DNA from: Bdellovibrionales bacterium
GTDB taxonomy: Bacteria > Bdellovibrionota > Bdellovibrionia > Bdellovibrionales > UBA1609
NCBI GenBank assembly: GCA_050246815.1
Contig: JBFWVI010000007.1
Coordinates: forward strand, 17,983-81,982
Length of the DNA: 64,000 nt
Direction of reading: 5' to 3'
Of the stretch, positions 19,697 to 28,892 are shown one piece after another; within the stretch, counting starts at the first letter, position 1, and every line of letters begins with the position of its first letter. Position numbers and translations under genes: made by a program. The notes under the pieces are model-generated. The model was not told the origin of the DNA, searched no databases, and worked only from the letters and a program-made list of their open reading frames with translations.

Positions 19697-20656
19697 CTAG
19701 CCTCTTTCCATATGCAGCAAATTGCCGATGGTGTTGGCGTTCTTAAAGGCGTGGTGATTGGCCAGTTGATCACCGCGAACAATTTCGCAACGAGCGTTGT
19801 CGATCCACTTTCCGACGCGTTTTACATTCCCAGCTGCGGCGTAATCCGAAGTCAAATCGTCCGGTGTGGCGGGATTGACTTTGGCCCACCAAATTAGATT
19901 TTGGCCGGCGGTGGTGACCAACAGATCACTCGAAGCCTCTTTGATCAGGTCTTCATCCGAAAGTTCGCCCGAGAAGATTTTGATCCGGCGAATATATCCT
20001 GATAAACGCTCATGCTGGTGGTCGTTCCACCAGGGGGCGTTGCCGAACACCATGGCTTTGTTGGGGTGTGGGGCGCTTTTGGCATAGGCGCCTTGGTGGG
20101 TGACGTCATTTTTGCGCTGCCCGCTGACATCCTGCCCCACGATTTGATGATAAAAGCGCAGCAACGACTGGCCGCTTTGTTTGTTGAGCACCTGGCATTT
20201 GAAGGCCTGAGTATAGGTTTGACCATAGGTCACGGCGTCGCTGACATAGTCGCCACCGTCCACCGAGATTTCCCATTTATGAAGTCTAAAGTCATCACCG
20301 TCACCTTGTCCGAAAGCGGAGTAAGGATAAGGATGACAGCCCACATAACCATTTTTTTCGAGCAAGTCATAAAAGTTCGTGTTTTGCGAGGCCGAGTAAA
20401 AAAAGGTCGTGTAGTAAGCCGCTTGTTTGACCGGGATGAACTGCCAGACCACGCTGAAGCCGTCGATCCATTTCAGCGTGTCTATGCCGGCTTCAAGGGC
20501 TGGAATATAAAAGTACCTCTGCACATTGATCCGGTCATAGGCCCCATTTCGACCCGTCAAGTGACCATTGCCTTTGAAGTACATCCAATTCTCAGTGCTT
20601 GGGGACGGGGGTGCCTTTACAGAAACCGTAGTCGCGCGAGATTTGATTTTTGCCAT
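19697..20656 (-). CDS. Hypothetical ConA/LamG-like jelly-roll protein
   Basis: MVFGNAPWW...LSGYIRRIKIFSGELSDEDL is a LamG-type ending; GAGG SD; no signal peptide. Confidence 0.55.
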   Translation of the reverse strand: MAKIKSRATTVSVKAPPSPSTENWMYFKGNGHLTGRNGAYDRINVQRYFYIPALEAGIDTLKWIDGFSVVWQFIPVKQAAYYTTFFYSASQNTNFYDLLEKNGYVGCHPYPYSAFGQGDGDDFRLHKWEISVDGGDYVSDAVTYGQTYTQAFKCQVLNKQSGQSLLRFYHQIVGQDVSGQRKNDVTHQGAYAKSAPHPNKAMVFGNAPWWNDHQHERLSGYIRRIKIFSGELSDEDLIKEASSDLLVTTAGQNLIWWAKVNPATPDDLTSDYAAAGNVKRVGKWIDNARCEIVRGDQLANHHAFKNANTIGNLLHMERG

Positions 20657-20886
20657 AAGATCCTCGAACTTACATGATAAGGCCTAGGAGCGGGGTTCGA
20701 TAGCACAAAAGCAAGGGACGTCTCATATTGATATGACCATTATTTGAGCTATCCTAGTTTTTAGCGTTCATTTGAGTAGCGCATCCTTTGCGCTGAATTC
20801 GGTTTGGCTTTCGTCTTGCATTTGAATCCTATTTTCAACAGCAGCGATACTACCGAAGCTGAATCCATAATAGGTGACTCATTCGT

Positions 20887-21786
20887 ATGCGACTCTGTAA
20901 TTTGGATATTGGTATAAGATTACTACAATTTATTTTGCCGGCCCTATTCTCTCTGATTTCACTACGATCAGACGCGATTTTCATAAAAATAGAAGCTGTT
21001 GAGCAGAAATGTTCGGAAATTTTAACTGTTAGCGAGCCAATTCCCGGACGTCCCCTAAGCTTCAGTAACCCTCAAGAACTGAACAACTGGCTGACCCTTA
21101 ACTTGCTAAAAAAGTATAAGTTGCAGTCAATAGACACCCCTTTAACTGGACTTACTCCTGAGACGCGAGCGAATGAAGTCTTAAATCGTCTGTTACGCTT
21201 TCGGATTTCATTCCTGCCTGAGGATAGGCAGCAGGCCCTTTTGAATATATTAGATTCATCAGTTCTTATTTTTGAATTTCCATTCGCGGTCTGGGGAAGT
21301 CATGGGTTTGCGTCACCCGGAGAAATCTCTGTCAAGAATCATCTTAGTTTAAGAGATAGTGCTTTTACTTTAGCCATCTTGATCCACGAAATTGAACATC
21401 AGATTCAATTTTTGCTATTTCCGACTTCTGATTTTAAGAGATGGAAAAGAGAGCAGGGCCTGCATCTGTTCGCGAAGAAAACCTTGTTGAGATATCAGCA
21501 GGAAACTGGGGCCATGTTCATGGAATGGGCTTTTTTTCATCTGCTACCCCATGATGATCTATCCTACTGGCAGGCAAAATTAGATTCTGCTGGAGACCCT
21601 ACTTATCCAGAGCGAGACATGTTGGTGTTCCGAGATCGAGACAGGCTGCAGAGACAACTCGATGGAGCGAGCTTGTCATTTGAAGAGTATTTAGCGCTCG
21701 AACATAAAGCTGGGCGATACTCCTTGCGGAGTATCAGAGAGCTCTATTGGCGCGAACGAGATGGCGAATTTTATCATCCCTATTAA
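20887..21786 (+). CDS. Orphan exported protein with an HExxH zincin motif and a CSEIL motif
   Basis: Signal-like N-terminus; ILIHEIEHQIQ (21385-21399) with a downstream E (QQETGA); AT-rich. Confidence 0.55.
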   Translation: MRLCNLDIGIRLLQFILPALFSLISLRSDAIFIKIEAVEQKCSEILTVSEPIPGRPLSFSNPQELNNWLTLNLLKKYKLQSIDTPLTGLTPETRANEVLNRLLRFRISFLPEDRQQALLNILDSSVLIFEFPFAVWGSHGFASPGEISVKNHLSLRDSAFTLAILIHEIEHQIQFLLFPTSDFKRWKREQGLHLFAKKTLLRYQQETGAMFMEWAFFHLLPHDDLSYWQAKLDSAGDPTYPERDMLVFRDRDRLQRQLDGASLSFEEYLALEHKAGRYSLRSIRELYWRERDGEFYHPY

Positions 21787-21841
21787 TTTCAAACTCTGAA
21801 TAGTGACCCGGCCTTCTGAGGCCTAAACCGGTCTCATTTTC

Positions 21842-22003
21842 TCTGGGCTAGGTAACCACAACTTATACGCTCCACTGTCGCCTTCCCCGTCACACAAGAC
21901 GCGGAACTCAGTACGAGAACTACATGTAATCTTCTAAACGCCCACACTTAGTCAGATTGGAGTGCCTTTTGATCACCGGCCCACTTCCCCCGAGTAGCCC
22001 AGA
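21842..22003 (-). ncRNA. Candidate structured non-coding RNA (unidentified)
   Basis: Five nested complementary segments plus internal hairpins found by hand; G-U pairs favour the minus strand. Confidence 0.3.
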
Positions 22004-22121
22004 AAGCTCGCTTTTTAGATTGGACGCTGGGGAAGCGAAGGGACCAGGCTTTTTGGCCCCCCTTACAATTCTGAGGTCAGAAGTCCATTTGAAGCTTCAC
22101 AAGGCAGCGGTTTTGTTCGTA

Positions 22122-22805
22122 CTACTGAGCCGCAGACTTTGAGGTGTCTGGGATTAAAATAAAGTCACATTTTGCTTTCAAGGGCTTAGAACCAGAGTCT
22201 GCAATAAACTTGGTGAGATGCTGGGCGACGGGTTGTGAATTGAGCCACGAAGTTAGGCGTGTTGTCGAAATGCTCCATGGCTGGCCAGGATCATCTGAAA
22301 TCTCCTCATACGCGGCGAACCAAACGTGGGATTGTTCATCCGGACCGAGTTCATCTTCATCCAGTGCAAAAAAATCGATCTGATCTTTGCCAAAGCATGC
22401 AGTCAAATGAATCATTACGTCGCCAAATTGCGAACCCGTCTTTGTAAGTTCGCAGAATATGTTCCGAGGAATCAAAACGTTATTAGCATCACGTAGACCA
22501 CCACCTTTATCTCCATGACTAGTCCAAATGATCATGCGGGTCCGTGGATTCTTCACAGCTTCATATAAGTCACCGACGGTCGCCGAGAGATTAACTAACG
22601 TACGAAAGCCCAACCGATTCAACGCAGGGGAGTTAGTAAGAAAAGCCGTCGCTTGCTCAAGGCCATATTGGGGTTCTAATTTACCGACCAGAAAATAGAC
22701 GTCACCATTTGGATGAGTCTTTTTGGTTACGCCTTGGCGGTGGTGACTGGCTGGAAAGACCGTCCAAGAGAAGAAAAATAGGATCAAGACCACAATGCGG
22801 TTCAT
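22122..22805 (-). CDS. Orphan exported protein with a caspase/CHAT-like HG...AC dyad and a C-terminal CDFIL motif
   Basis: MNRIVVLILFFF signal; MIIWTSHG and IHLTACFG motifs. Confidence 0.55.
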   Translation of the reverse strand: MNRIVVLILFFFSWTVFPASHHRQGVTKKTHPNGDVYFLVGKLEPQYGLEQATAFLTNSPALNRLGFRTLVNLSATVGDLYEAVKNPRTRMIIWTSHGDKGGGLRDANNVLIPRNIFCELTKTGSQFGDVMIHLTACFGKDQIDFFALDEDELGPDEQSHVWFAAYEEISDDPGQPWSISTTRLTSWLNSQPVAQHLTKFIADSGSKPLKAKCDFILIPDTSKSAAQ

Positions 22806-22863
22806 GTCCTTTTTTAATTGAGTACAGCACCCCCGTGTCAAACGATGTTTCGAAACTAAATCT

Positions 22864-22903
22864 TAGTGGGCTGTGTGGCGGGTTTAGCCACCACAGCCCA
22901 CTA
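22864..22903. repeat. TAG...CTA-bounded palindrome (12-bp perfect arms plus a 4-bp inner stem)
   Basis: TAGTGGGCTGTG (22864-22875) / CACAGCCCACTA (22892-22903); inner TGGC/GCCA. Confidence 0.7.
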
Positions 22904-22960
22904 TTCAGCAGTAGCGGTCAGAAAGGCATAGGCCCTCTAAGGAGGGTAATAGGGTGATAC

Positions 22961-23009
22961 GGCACTTAACGCACTTGCAATAAATAATAATTTCAAATAG
23001 TTAAGTGCC
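22961..23009. repeat. 10-bp perfect inverted repeat immediately upstream of mutM
   Basis: GGCACTTAAC (22961-22970)-N29-GTTAAGTGCC (23000-23009). Confidence 0.7.
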
Positions 23010-23011
23010 CT

Positions 23012-23830
23012 ATGCCAGAACTTCCCGAAGTGGAAACCGTCCGTCGCGGACTCAGTGAAATTTTGTCGAGTCAAAATCGCATCCAGCGTGCGGAGCTGAT
23101 CTGTGGCGACCTGCGCCGGCAGGTCAGCCAGGCTGAACTTGATGTCTTGAAAGGACAAAAAATTTTAAATATCCGCCGTCGCGCGAAGTACCTGTTAATG
23201 GAAACAGAACAGCATGTGTTGATCAATCACTTGGGAATGACCGGATCATGGCGCGTGGCAGCCGAAGGGTTCGAGCAGAAGCACGATCATTTTTATTTGT
23301 GGCTTCAAGGCGGCTCGCGTTTGGCCTTCAATGATCCACGCCGTTTTGGTTTGTTGTATGTGGTGGCGCGAGGTGATGAAAAAAGTGATTCTCGACTTGC
23401 GTCCTTGGGGCCCGAGCCTCTTGAACCCGACTTTAATGCCGATTGGGTTTTTGCCCGTACTCGCAAAAAGCAGACAGCCTTAAAGGTCTGGCTGATGGAT
23501 CAGCGCAATGTGGTGGGAGTGGGCAATATCTATGCGTCCGAGGCTTTGTATCGGGCGGGTTTAAAGCCCCAGCGTCGCAGCGGACGGTTGACACATGTTG
23601 AGGGTGAAAAATTAGTGCGCAGTGTGCGCGACATCTTAAAAGCCGCGATAAAAAAAGGTGGCAGCACCATTCGTGATTTTAAACAAACGGGTGGTACGGG
23701 CGGATACTTTCAGAATCAATTGTTGGTTTATGATCGCGCCGACGAACCCTGCCGGGCTTGCAAGACTTTGATACGCAGTCAAGTCATCGGTGGCCGCAGC
23801 ACTTACTGGTGCGCCCAATGTCAAAGCTAA
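23012..23830 (+). CDS. mutM: Formamidopyrimidine-DNA glycosylase MutM/Fpg
   Basis: MPELPEVET, RRAKYL, HLGMTG, DPRRFG, GVGNIYASE, C-terminal zinc finger. Confidence 0.98.
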   Translation: MPELPEVETVRRGLSEILSSQNRIQRAELICGDLRRQVSQAELDVLKGQKILNIRRRAKYLLMETEQHVLINHLGMTGSWRVAAEGFEQKHDHFYLWLQGGSRLAFNDPRRFGLLYVVARGDEKSDSRLASLGPEPLEPDFNADWVFARTRKKQTALKVWLMDQRNVVGVGNIYASEALYRAGLKPQRRSGRLTHVEGEKLVRSVRDILKAAIKKGGSTIRDFKQTGGTGGYFQNQLLVYDRADEPCRACKTLIRSQVIGGRSTYWCAQCQS

Positions 23831-24974
23831 AGGCCGCACCATGATTTTGGCCGCGTATTTAAATCTTTTGGTCTTTGGATTGTTGGATAACTTTCGTGGT
23901 CCATTTTTTTCGGCCCAACTTACTGAGTTTTCTTTGAGTGAAGGCGCTGGCGCCGCCGTGTTCGCGTTGACTTCGATTTTTGCCAGCCTCTCAAGCACGA
24001 CTGGCGCAGGCCTGCTGAGGCGCTTGGGTGCAGGCGGACTTTTGAATTTCAGCGCCTTTTGCATGGGGGCCGGATTCCTGTGCATGGCCTTCAGCCCGCT
24101 TTATGCCATTTTACTTTTTGGCGCGGCCTTGCTTGGGGTTGGCTTGGGGCTTGCCGCGTTGGCGCAGAATGTGGCTGTGGCCGAGTATGCGCCGATTCAA
24201 TCCAGGGCCAAGTTGATGTCGGGCTTGCATGCCATGTATGCGCTGTCTTCGGCCGCATCGCCCTGGGTTGCTCATGGGCTTCTTTTGGCGGGCTGGACTT
24301 GGCGCCAAAGTTTCATCGCGGTGGCATTGGTGCCGATGATGTTCAGTCTTGCCGGAGTGTTGTGGGGGCGTCGGACACGGCGGGTGATTCACGCGGCCCC
24401 TTTGTCTTTACAGGCCCAAGTCTGGCCAAAGGGTACGCGTCGCCATGTTTTTTTGCTGGCGATTTGCACAGCGCTTTACCTTTGGGCCGAAATTTCAGTG
24501 GGCACCCGTCTGGTGCGCTGGTTTGAAGTGGAGCATGGTGGAACAGCTGCGCAGGGCTCCCTTTATCTGATGAGTTTTTTTGCCGCGCTTTTGCTGGGAC
24601 GTCTGCTGAGTTGGCGTTGGGCCCCCCATCGCGAACAGGGTTTACGGCGCACGTTGTGGGCCAGTAGCGTGGTCGCAGCAGGGGGGCTGCTTTGGGCCCT
24701 GTGGGTATGGCCATGGGCGGTGGCATTGGCCGGCCTGGCCATGGGGCCTTTTTATCCTTTGGCCATGGCCTATGCGCGGGTGCGTTTTATGGATTTAGCG
24801 CCGCAGGCTTACACATTAATTTTGGGCACCGGTTCGGCGGGTGTGGTGATGATGCATTTTTTGATCGGTTGGAGCGCCGACAACCACGGCCTTCAAGCGG
24901 CGATGCAGGTTGGTCCGCTGGGATTGCTTTTAGGCTTGCTGATCTTGCTGTTCGAAGCGCGCATAAAGCGCTGA
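23790..24974 (+). CDS. MFS transporter
   Basis: About 12 TM helices. Start uncertain: GTG 23790 overlapping mutM, or ATG 23841. Confidence 0.8.
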   Translation: MAAALTGAPNVKAKGRTMILAAYLNLLVFGLLDNFRGPFFSAQLTEFSLSEGAGAAVFALTSIFASLSSTTGAGLLRRLGAGGLLNFSAFCMGAGFLCMAFSPLYAILLFGAALLGVGLGLAALAQNVAVAEYAPIQSRAKLMSGLHAMYALSSAASPWVAHGLLLAGWTWRQSFIAVALVPMMFSLAGVLWGRRTRRVIHAAPLSLQAQVWPKGTRRHVFLLAICTALYLWAEISVGTRLVRWFEVEHGGTAAQGSLYLMSFFAALLLGRLLSWRWAPHREQGLRRTLWASSVVAAGGLLWALWVWPWAVALAGLAMGPFYPLAMAYARVRFMDLAPQAYTLILGTGSAGVVMMHFLIGWSADNHGLQAAMQVGPLGLLLGLLILLFEARIKR

Positions 24975-25703
24975 AGCCAGAGCGAAGCGAACTTCGGCCA
25001 CTTCCACCCCGCGGGTCGAAAAGAAAAAGCCCACATCGATGTCAAACAGCCGAAGCCAAAACCAGCGTGGTCGACCATCGGGACGAATAGCTTCTTCACG
25101 ATCCGCCACGGCGCGCGGATCACTGGCCAAGCTCTGCTGAATCAGCTGGCGAAGTTGCGGCAGGCTCATGGGGGGCGGTGCCAATTGATAAACGCGCAGT
25201 AACCCTTTCTCCGCTTCGCGCGAAAAAAACACCGGCAAGCGCGGCCAGGGGTTTTCGTCCACCCATCCACCTCGCGCGCGATCAACGCGGTCGCATTCGG
25301 TGATATAGGGTTTGATGTCTAAGATAGGAGTGTCATCCAATAGGTCCACTTCGTTTAAAATCAAATCTCGCCCCTGCACTCCCACCACACGGGCCAAAGT
25401 CAGGCCGATTGGATTGGGGCGATGGGGCGAGCGTGAGGCCAAGACGCCTACGCTTCGACCGCCCAAGCGGGGTGGATGCACTTTGGTGGGGATCATTTTA
25501 CCCAAGTTTTCGTGAAAAACACTGATCAGCCAAACATGGGAAAAGCCGCTTAAGCCTTGAAGCCATTGTTCGGGAGACGTACCTGGCGCCCACTGCACAT
25601 GGGCCGAAGCGGCTGGCACAAGATGGCCTTGGCGGGGAGTGCCGAATTTGTCGACGAAAGGCGTTTTTAGCCAGCCAATGGGTTCGAAATTAAACGACAT
25701 CAT
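24930..25703 (-). CDS. trmO: tRNA (N6-threonylcarbamoyladenosine37-N6)-methyltransferase TrmO
   Basis: KFGTPRQG, GLSGFSHVW, GVLASRSPHRPNPIGLT, DLLDDTPILDIKPY. Confidence 0.92.
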   Translation of the reverse strand: MMSFNFEPIGWLKTPFVDKFGTPRQGHLVPAASAHVQWAPGTSPEQWLQGLSGFSHVWLISVFHENLGKMIPTKVHPPRLGGRSVGVLASRSPHRPNPIGLTLARVVGVQGRDLILNEVDLLDDTPILDIKPYITECDRVDRARGGWVDENPWPRLPVFFSREAEKGLLRVYQLAPPPMSLPQLRQLIQQSLASDPRAVADREEAIRPDGRPRWFWLRLFDIDVGFFFSTRGVEVAEVRFALASALYARFEQQDQQA

Positions 25704-25764
25704 GGCCTGGGGTGTAACACAAAGTTGGCGCTTTTGCCGCTCGATTTTTATATAATCACCCCTT

Positions 25765-27648
25765 ATGACAACGTTTTACCCTTGGGCACTGCTGGCACGA
25801 CGCTTGGCTTTGATTTTGGCCGTTTATTTTACTTATCGAATGCTGTTTTTTGTGCTGAACAGCGATGTTTATGCGGTCGAAACTTTCAGCACGATATTCT
25901 TGGCTTTTGTACAAGGGATTCGCTTTGATTTGTGGGCCTTAACATGGACCCATGCTCCGGTGATTTTGCTCAGCTTTGCGCCTTGGCGTTGGCAGGCTCA
26001 TTGGCTGTGGCAGCGTTTGGTGTTGGTCTATGTGTTGGCCGTGAATTTTTGGTGTTTCGGCCTGAATGCGATCGACCTGGAGCTTTATAAATTCACGGGC
26101 AAACGCTTAACCACGGACTGGCTGAAACTGCAGCAGGACATGCAAAACCAAACCATGGGCCTCGTTTCGTACTACTGGTGGGTCGCGCTTTTGGGATTTG
26201 TGACTTGGTTGGTGTTTTGGCGGTTTTGGCCCCGCTGGAAGCTTATCGCCCCACGTCCTGGAGCATGGGCGCGGGCGTTGGTTGGGTTGGTGTTCGTGGT
26301 ACTCACGGCCTTGTCGATGCGGGGGGGGTGGCAGCTTAAGCCTTTAAACCTTGCCGATGCGTACAGCAGTGGGTCGAGTGCGGTGGGTATTTTGCGCATG
26401 AACTCAACATTTACATTTTTTCGCAGCCGCTCCAGTTTTGATTCTTTGGCTTTGCGGTTTTTCAAGGGCAATGAGCCCGCCCGAGAGACGCTTTTGGCCG
26501 AAAGCCGCGGCGGCCCTTCGCCGCTGGATGGAAAGTTCAAAGGTTACAACATCGTTGTGCTGATTATTGAAAGTTTGGCCAGCGAGTACGTGGGCGTTTT
26601 AAATGAGGGCAAAGGCTACACACCTTTCCTAGATGAACTCACTGCGGTGTCCACCTTGTTTCGCAACAACTTCGCCAACGGCCGCCGCTCGATCGAGGCG
26701 GTGCCCAGTGTGGTGTGTGGACTGCCCTCACTGATGGGCGAGGCTCTGATTTTGTCGCCCTACCAGGGTATCGATCTGCATTGCTTGCCTGAGGTGGCAA
26801 GACGCGCGGGTTATGCCACACACTTTTTTCATGGGGCCTACAATGGTTCGATGCATTTTGACGCCTTTTCAAACCGCGCCGGGTTCAATAAATTTTATGG
26901 ATTTAACGAGTACGGCGATTCCGCTGACAGCGATGGTCACTGGGGAATTTTTGACGAGCCGATGTTGAACTTTACGGTGAAGACGTTGAATCAATCTGTC
27001 CAACCCTTTGCCGCCGTGATGTTCACATTGAGCTCTCACAGCCCCTACCGATTGCCGCCCGGACTTGAGGGCCGCTTTCCGAAAGGCGAGCTGGAAATTC
27101 ATCCAAGTATTGGTTACGTCGACTATGCATTAAAACAATTTTTTGCTCAGGCGCAAAAGAGCAAGTGGTTTAAAAACACCATCTTCGTGATCACCGGTGA
27201 TCACACGCAAAAATCAGTTCAACGGCGCTATCAATCGCTCACGGGGCTTTATCGAGTGCCGCTGTGGTTTTATATCCCAGGGAAAAAATTGGGTGGGGAT
27301 CCAATGAAGTTCACCCAGCACCTCGATATTTTGCCCACCCTGATGACACTTGCGGGATTGCCGCTCGAGCCACGGTTAAAGATCGGCCAGAATGTTTTCG
27401 CTCCTGGCGCCGGAGTGGTCTTTAACGGCGACGAACGTGGTTTTTGGAGTTTGGGAGAGGCGGGGTTGATTGAATACAATCGGGCCACCACCTCTTTTGC
27501 ACGAATGGCGTTTGACCCGAAAACTTGGCTGACTTCCGAGGCGCAAAACATCGGCCCAGATGACGCGGTCGGGCACGCGGCCGAGCAATTAAAAGCGATT
27601 GTGGATTATCACAATGAGGGTGTGGTGCAAAACCGCCTCTATAAGTAG
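25765..27648 (+). CDS. LTA synthase family / sulfatase-fold membrane protein
   Basis: Five N-terminal TMs; NIVVLIIES, FANGRRSIE, WGIFDE, TLSSHSPY, TIFVITGDH, DILPT. Confidence 0.88.
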   Translation: MTTFYPWALLARRLALILAVYFTYRMLFFVLNSDVYAVETFSTIFLAFVQGIRFDLWALTWTHAPVILLSFAPWRWQAHWLWQRLVLVYVLAVNFWCFGLNAIDLELYKFTGKRLTTDWLKLQQDMQNQTMGLVSYYWWVALLGFVTWLVFWRFWPRWKLIAPRPGAWARALVGLVFVVLTALSMRGGWQLKPLNLADAYSSGSSAVGILRMNSTFTFFRSRSSFDSLALRFFKGNEPARETLLAESRGGPSPLDGKFKGYNIVVLIIESLASEYVGVLNEGKGYTPFLDELTAVSTLFRNNFANGRRSIEAVPSVVCGLPSLMGEALILSPYQGIDLHCLPEVARRAGYATHFFHGAYNGSMHFDAFSNRAGFNKFYGFNEYGDSADSDGHWGIFDEPMLNFTVKTLNQSVQPFAAVMFTLSSHSPYRLPPGLEGRFPKGELEIHPSIGYVDYALKQFFAQAQKSKWFKNTIFVITGDHTQKSVQRRYQSLTGLYRVPLWFYIPGKKLGGDPMKFTQHLDILPTLMTLAGLPLEPRLKIGQNVFAPGAGVVFNGDERGFWSLGEAGLIEYNRATTSFARMAFDPKTWLTSEAQNIGPDDAVGHAAEQLKAIVDYHNEGVVQNRLYK

Positions 27649-27704
27649 ACAACCCGAAGGCCGCTCGCGTAAGACCTCTAGCAGGAAAAGGGTGGAGGTC
27701 TTTT

Positions 27705-28841
27705 ATGCTTAAAACTTCAAAAGTTTTGGTTCTGGGTGTTTTAGTCGCGATGATCGGGATGGGCTGCGAACCCAAAGACGAAAACGTCAAGCGCCAAACC
27801 CGTAGCCCCTTTGCCCAAGCTAAAATTGAGCGGGCCAACATCAGTGGCCTCGATTATCTGCAGTACACCGCCTACCGTTTGGCGGAAGTGCAGCGTTTAG
27901 CTGAGCTTGTCGTGCAAAATCCGGCTCCCTTGATTGTCCAGGACAATTCACCTGCCTGCGGACGCTTGGTGATCGACAAAACCGAAGGGTTGCGTCGCAT
28001 GATGCGTCTAAAAACTCAAAATTGCCCGGTGGCGGCGGTCAAAGAAGAAAAATTACAGCTGGCTGCGGATGGCGAAGAAGTTTTGGATGTGCAGCTGAAC
28101 AGTCAAGGCCAAGTGACCAGAGTGTTGTCGAGCACCGTCGGGCCGTACGTGGTCAGCGGAGAAATTCGCGCCGGCGAAATGGATGACAGCAAACTCAATA
28201 CCTTTGAGCGTCGCGAGATGTCGCTGGATTTGATCGAAGGTAGCCGCTACCGTTTTGCATACGCGGTTGAAATGAGTTGGCGGCAGGAATTGGTCAGTCC
28301 AAGCTTTAAAGCCTATGAAGATGGAGGTCGTAACCACATCAATTTAACTGGCGAGTTCGTGATGACGAATGGTCGCCTGCAGTCGCTGACTTTGGATCTG
28401 GCCCGCATCAATGTGTCATCGCCGCGTGAAATCACTGAGCGCAAACGCAGAGCCAACAGCCTGACGCCAGGCAAAACATTTCACAATGTGAACTTACTGC
28501 TAACCGCTCAGCCTGGTGCCGACAAAGGCACCGTCGTACCGATGAGCTTTGGCACAGCCGGTTGTGGTTTGCCGCAAGGCAAATTGCGGGTGCTGACTTT
28601 TAAAACCACAATGAGCAACGACAATCTGACCTTTAAGCAAGAAAAAGACGTGGAGTTCACTCCGCTTGGCATTCATGTGCCCGCTGTTGGCAAAAGTCAG
28701 GCTTGGCTGGATTGCGCACCCGCCGTTCAAATTCCGTTGCCTGGCGGAACCGTCGGCGGATGGCCGGCAAAACCCGCACCGACCTTTTTGCCAAGCGAAT
28801 TGGGCAACCGTAACCCGTACTTGGCGCTCTTCTTTAAGTAG
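27705..28841 (+). CDS. Hypothetical lipoprotein
   Basis: Lipobox GMGC; GGAGG SD; beta-rich body. Confidence 0.7.
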   Translation: MLKTSKVLVLGVLVAMIGMGCEPKDENVKRQTRSPFAQAKIERANISGLDYLQYTAYRLAEVQRLAELVVQNPAPLIVQDNSPACGRLVIDKTEGLRRMMRLKTQNCPVAAVKEEKLQLAADGEEVLDVQLNSQGQVTRVLSSTVGPYVVSGEIRAGEMDDSKLNTFERREMSLDLIEGSRYRFAYAVEMSWRQELVSPSFKAYEDGGRNHINLTGEFVMTNGRLQSLTLDLARINVSSPREITERKRRANSLTPGKTFHNVNLLLTAQPGADKGTVVPMSFGTAGCGLPQGKLRVLTFKTTMSNDNLTFKQEKDVEFTPLGIHVPAVGKSQAWLDCAPAVQIPLPGGTVGGWPAKPAPTFLPSELGNRNPYLALFFK

Positions 28842-28859
28842 GTTTAGGTAGGTTCGATG

Positions 28860-28892
28860 ATCAAGGATCTTCCGTCAGGATCCTTGATTTTA
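28860..28892 (+). terminator. Intrinsic terminator after the lipoprotein gene
   Basis: ATCAAGGATC (28860-28869) / GATCCTTGAT (28879-28888) followed by a T run. Confidence 0.6.

Noticed and set aside
20012..20677. 221-aa plus-strand ORF
   Set aside because: Antisense shadow of the LamG-like gene with no motifs. The same applies to the other long shadow ORFs (5897-6493, 47612-48190, 52255-52869, 62702-63421).
20688..20706. GGTTCGA T-loop-like strings (also at 28851)
   Set aside because: No cloverleaf, acceptor stem or anticodon arm; not tRNAs.
21957..22142. 61-aa ORF and an RNase P-like GAGG...AAGTCC string near 22073-22086
   Set aside because: TTG start without SD and overlap with a convergent gene; the string does not match GAGGAAAGUCC and no 3' P4 partner was found.
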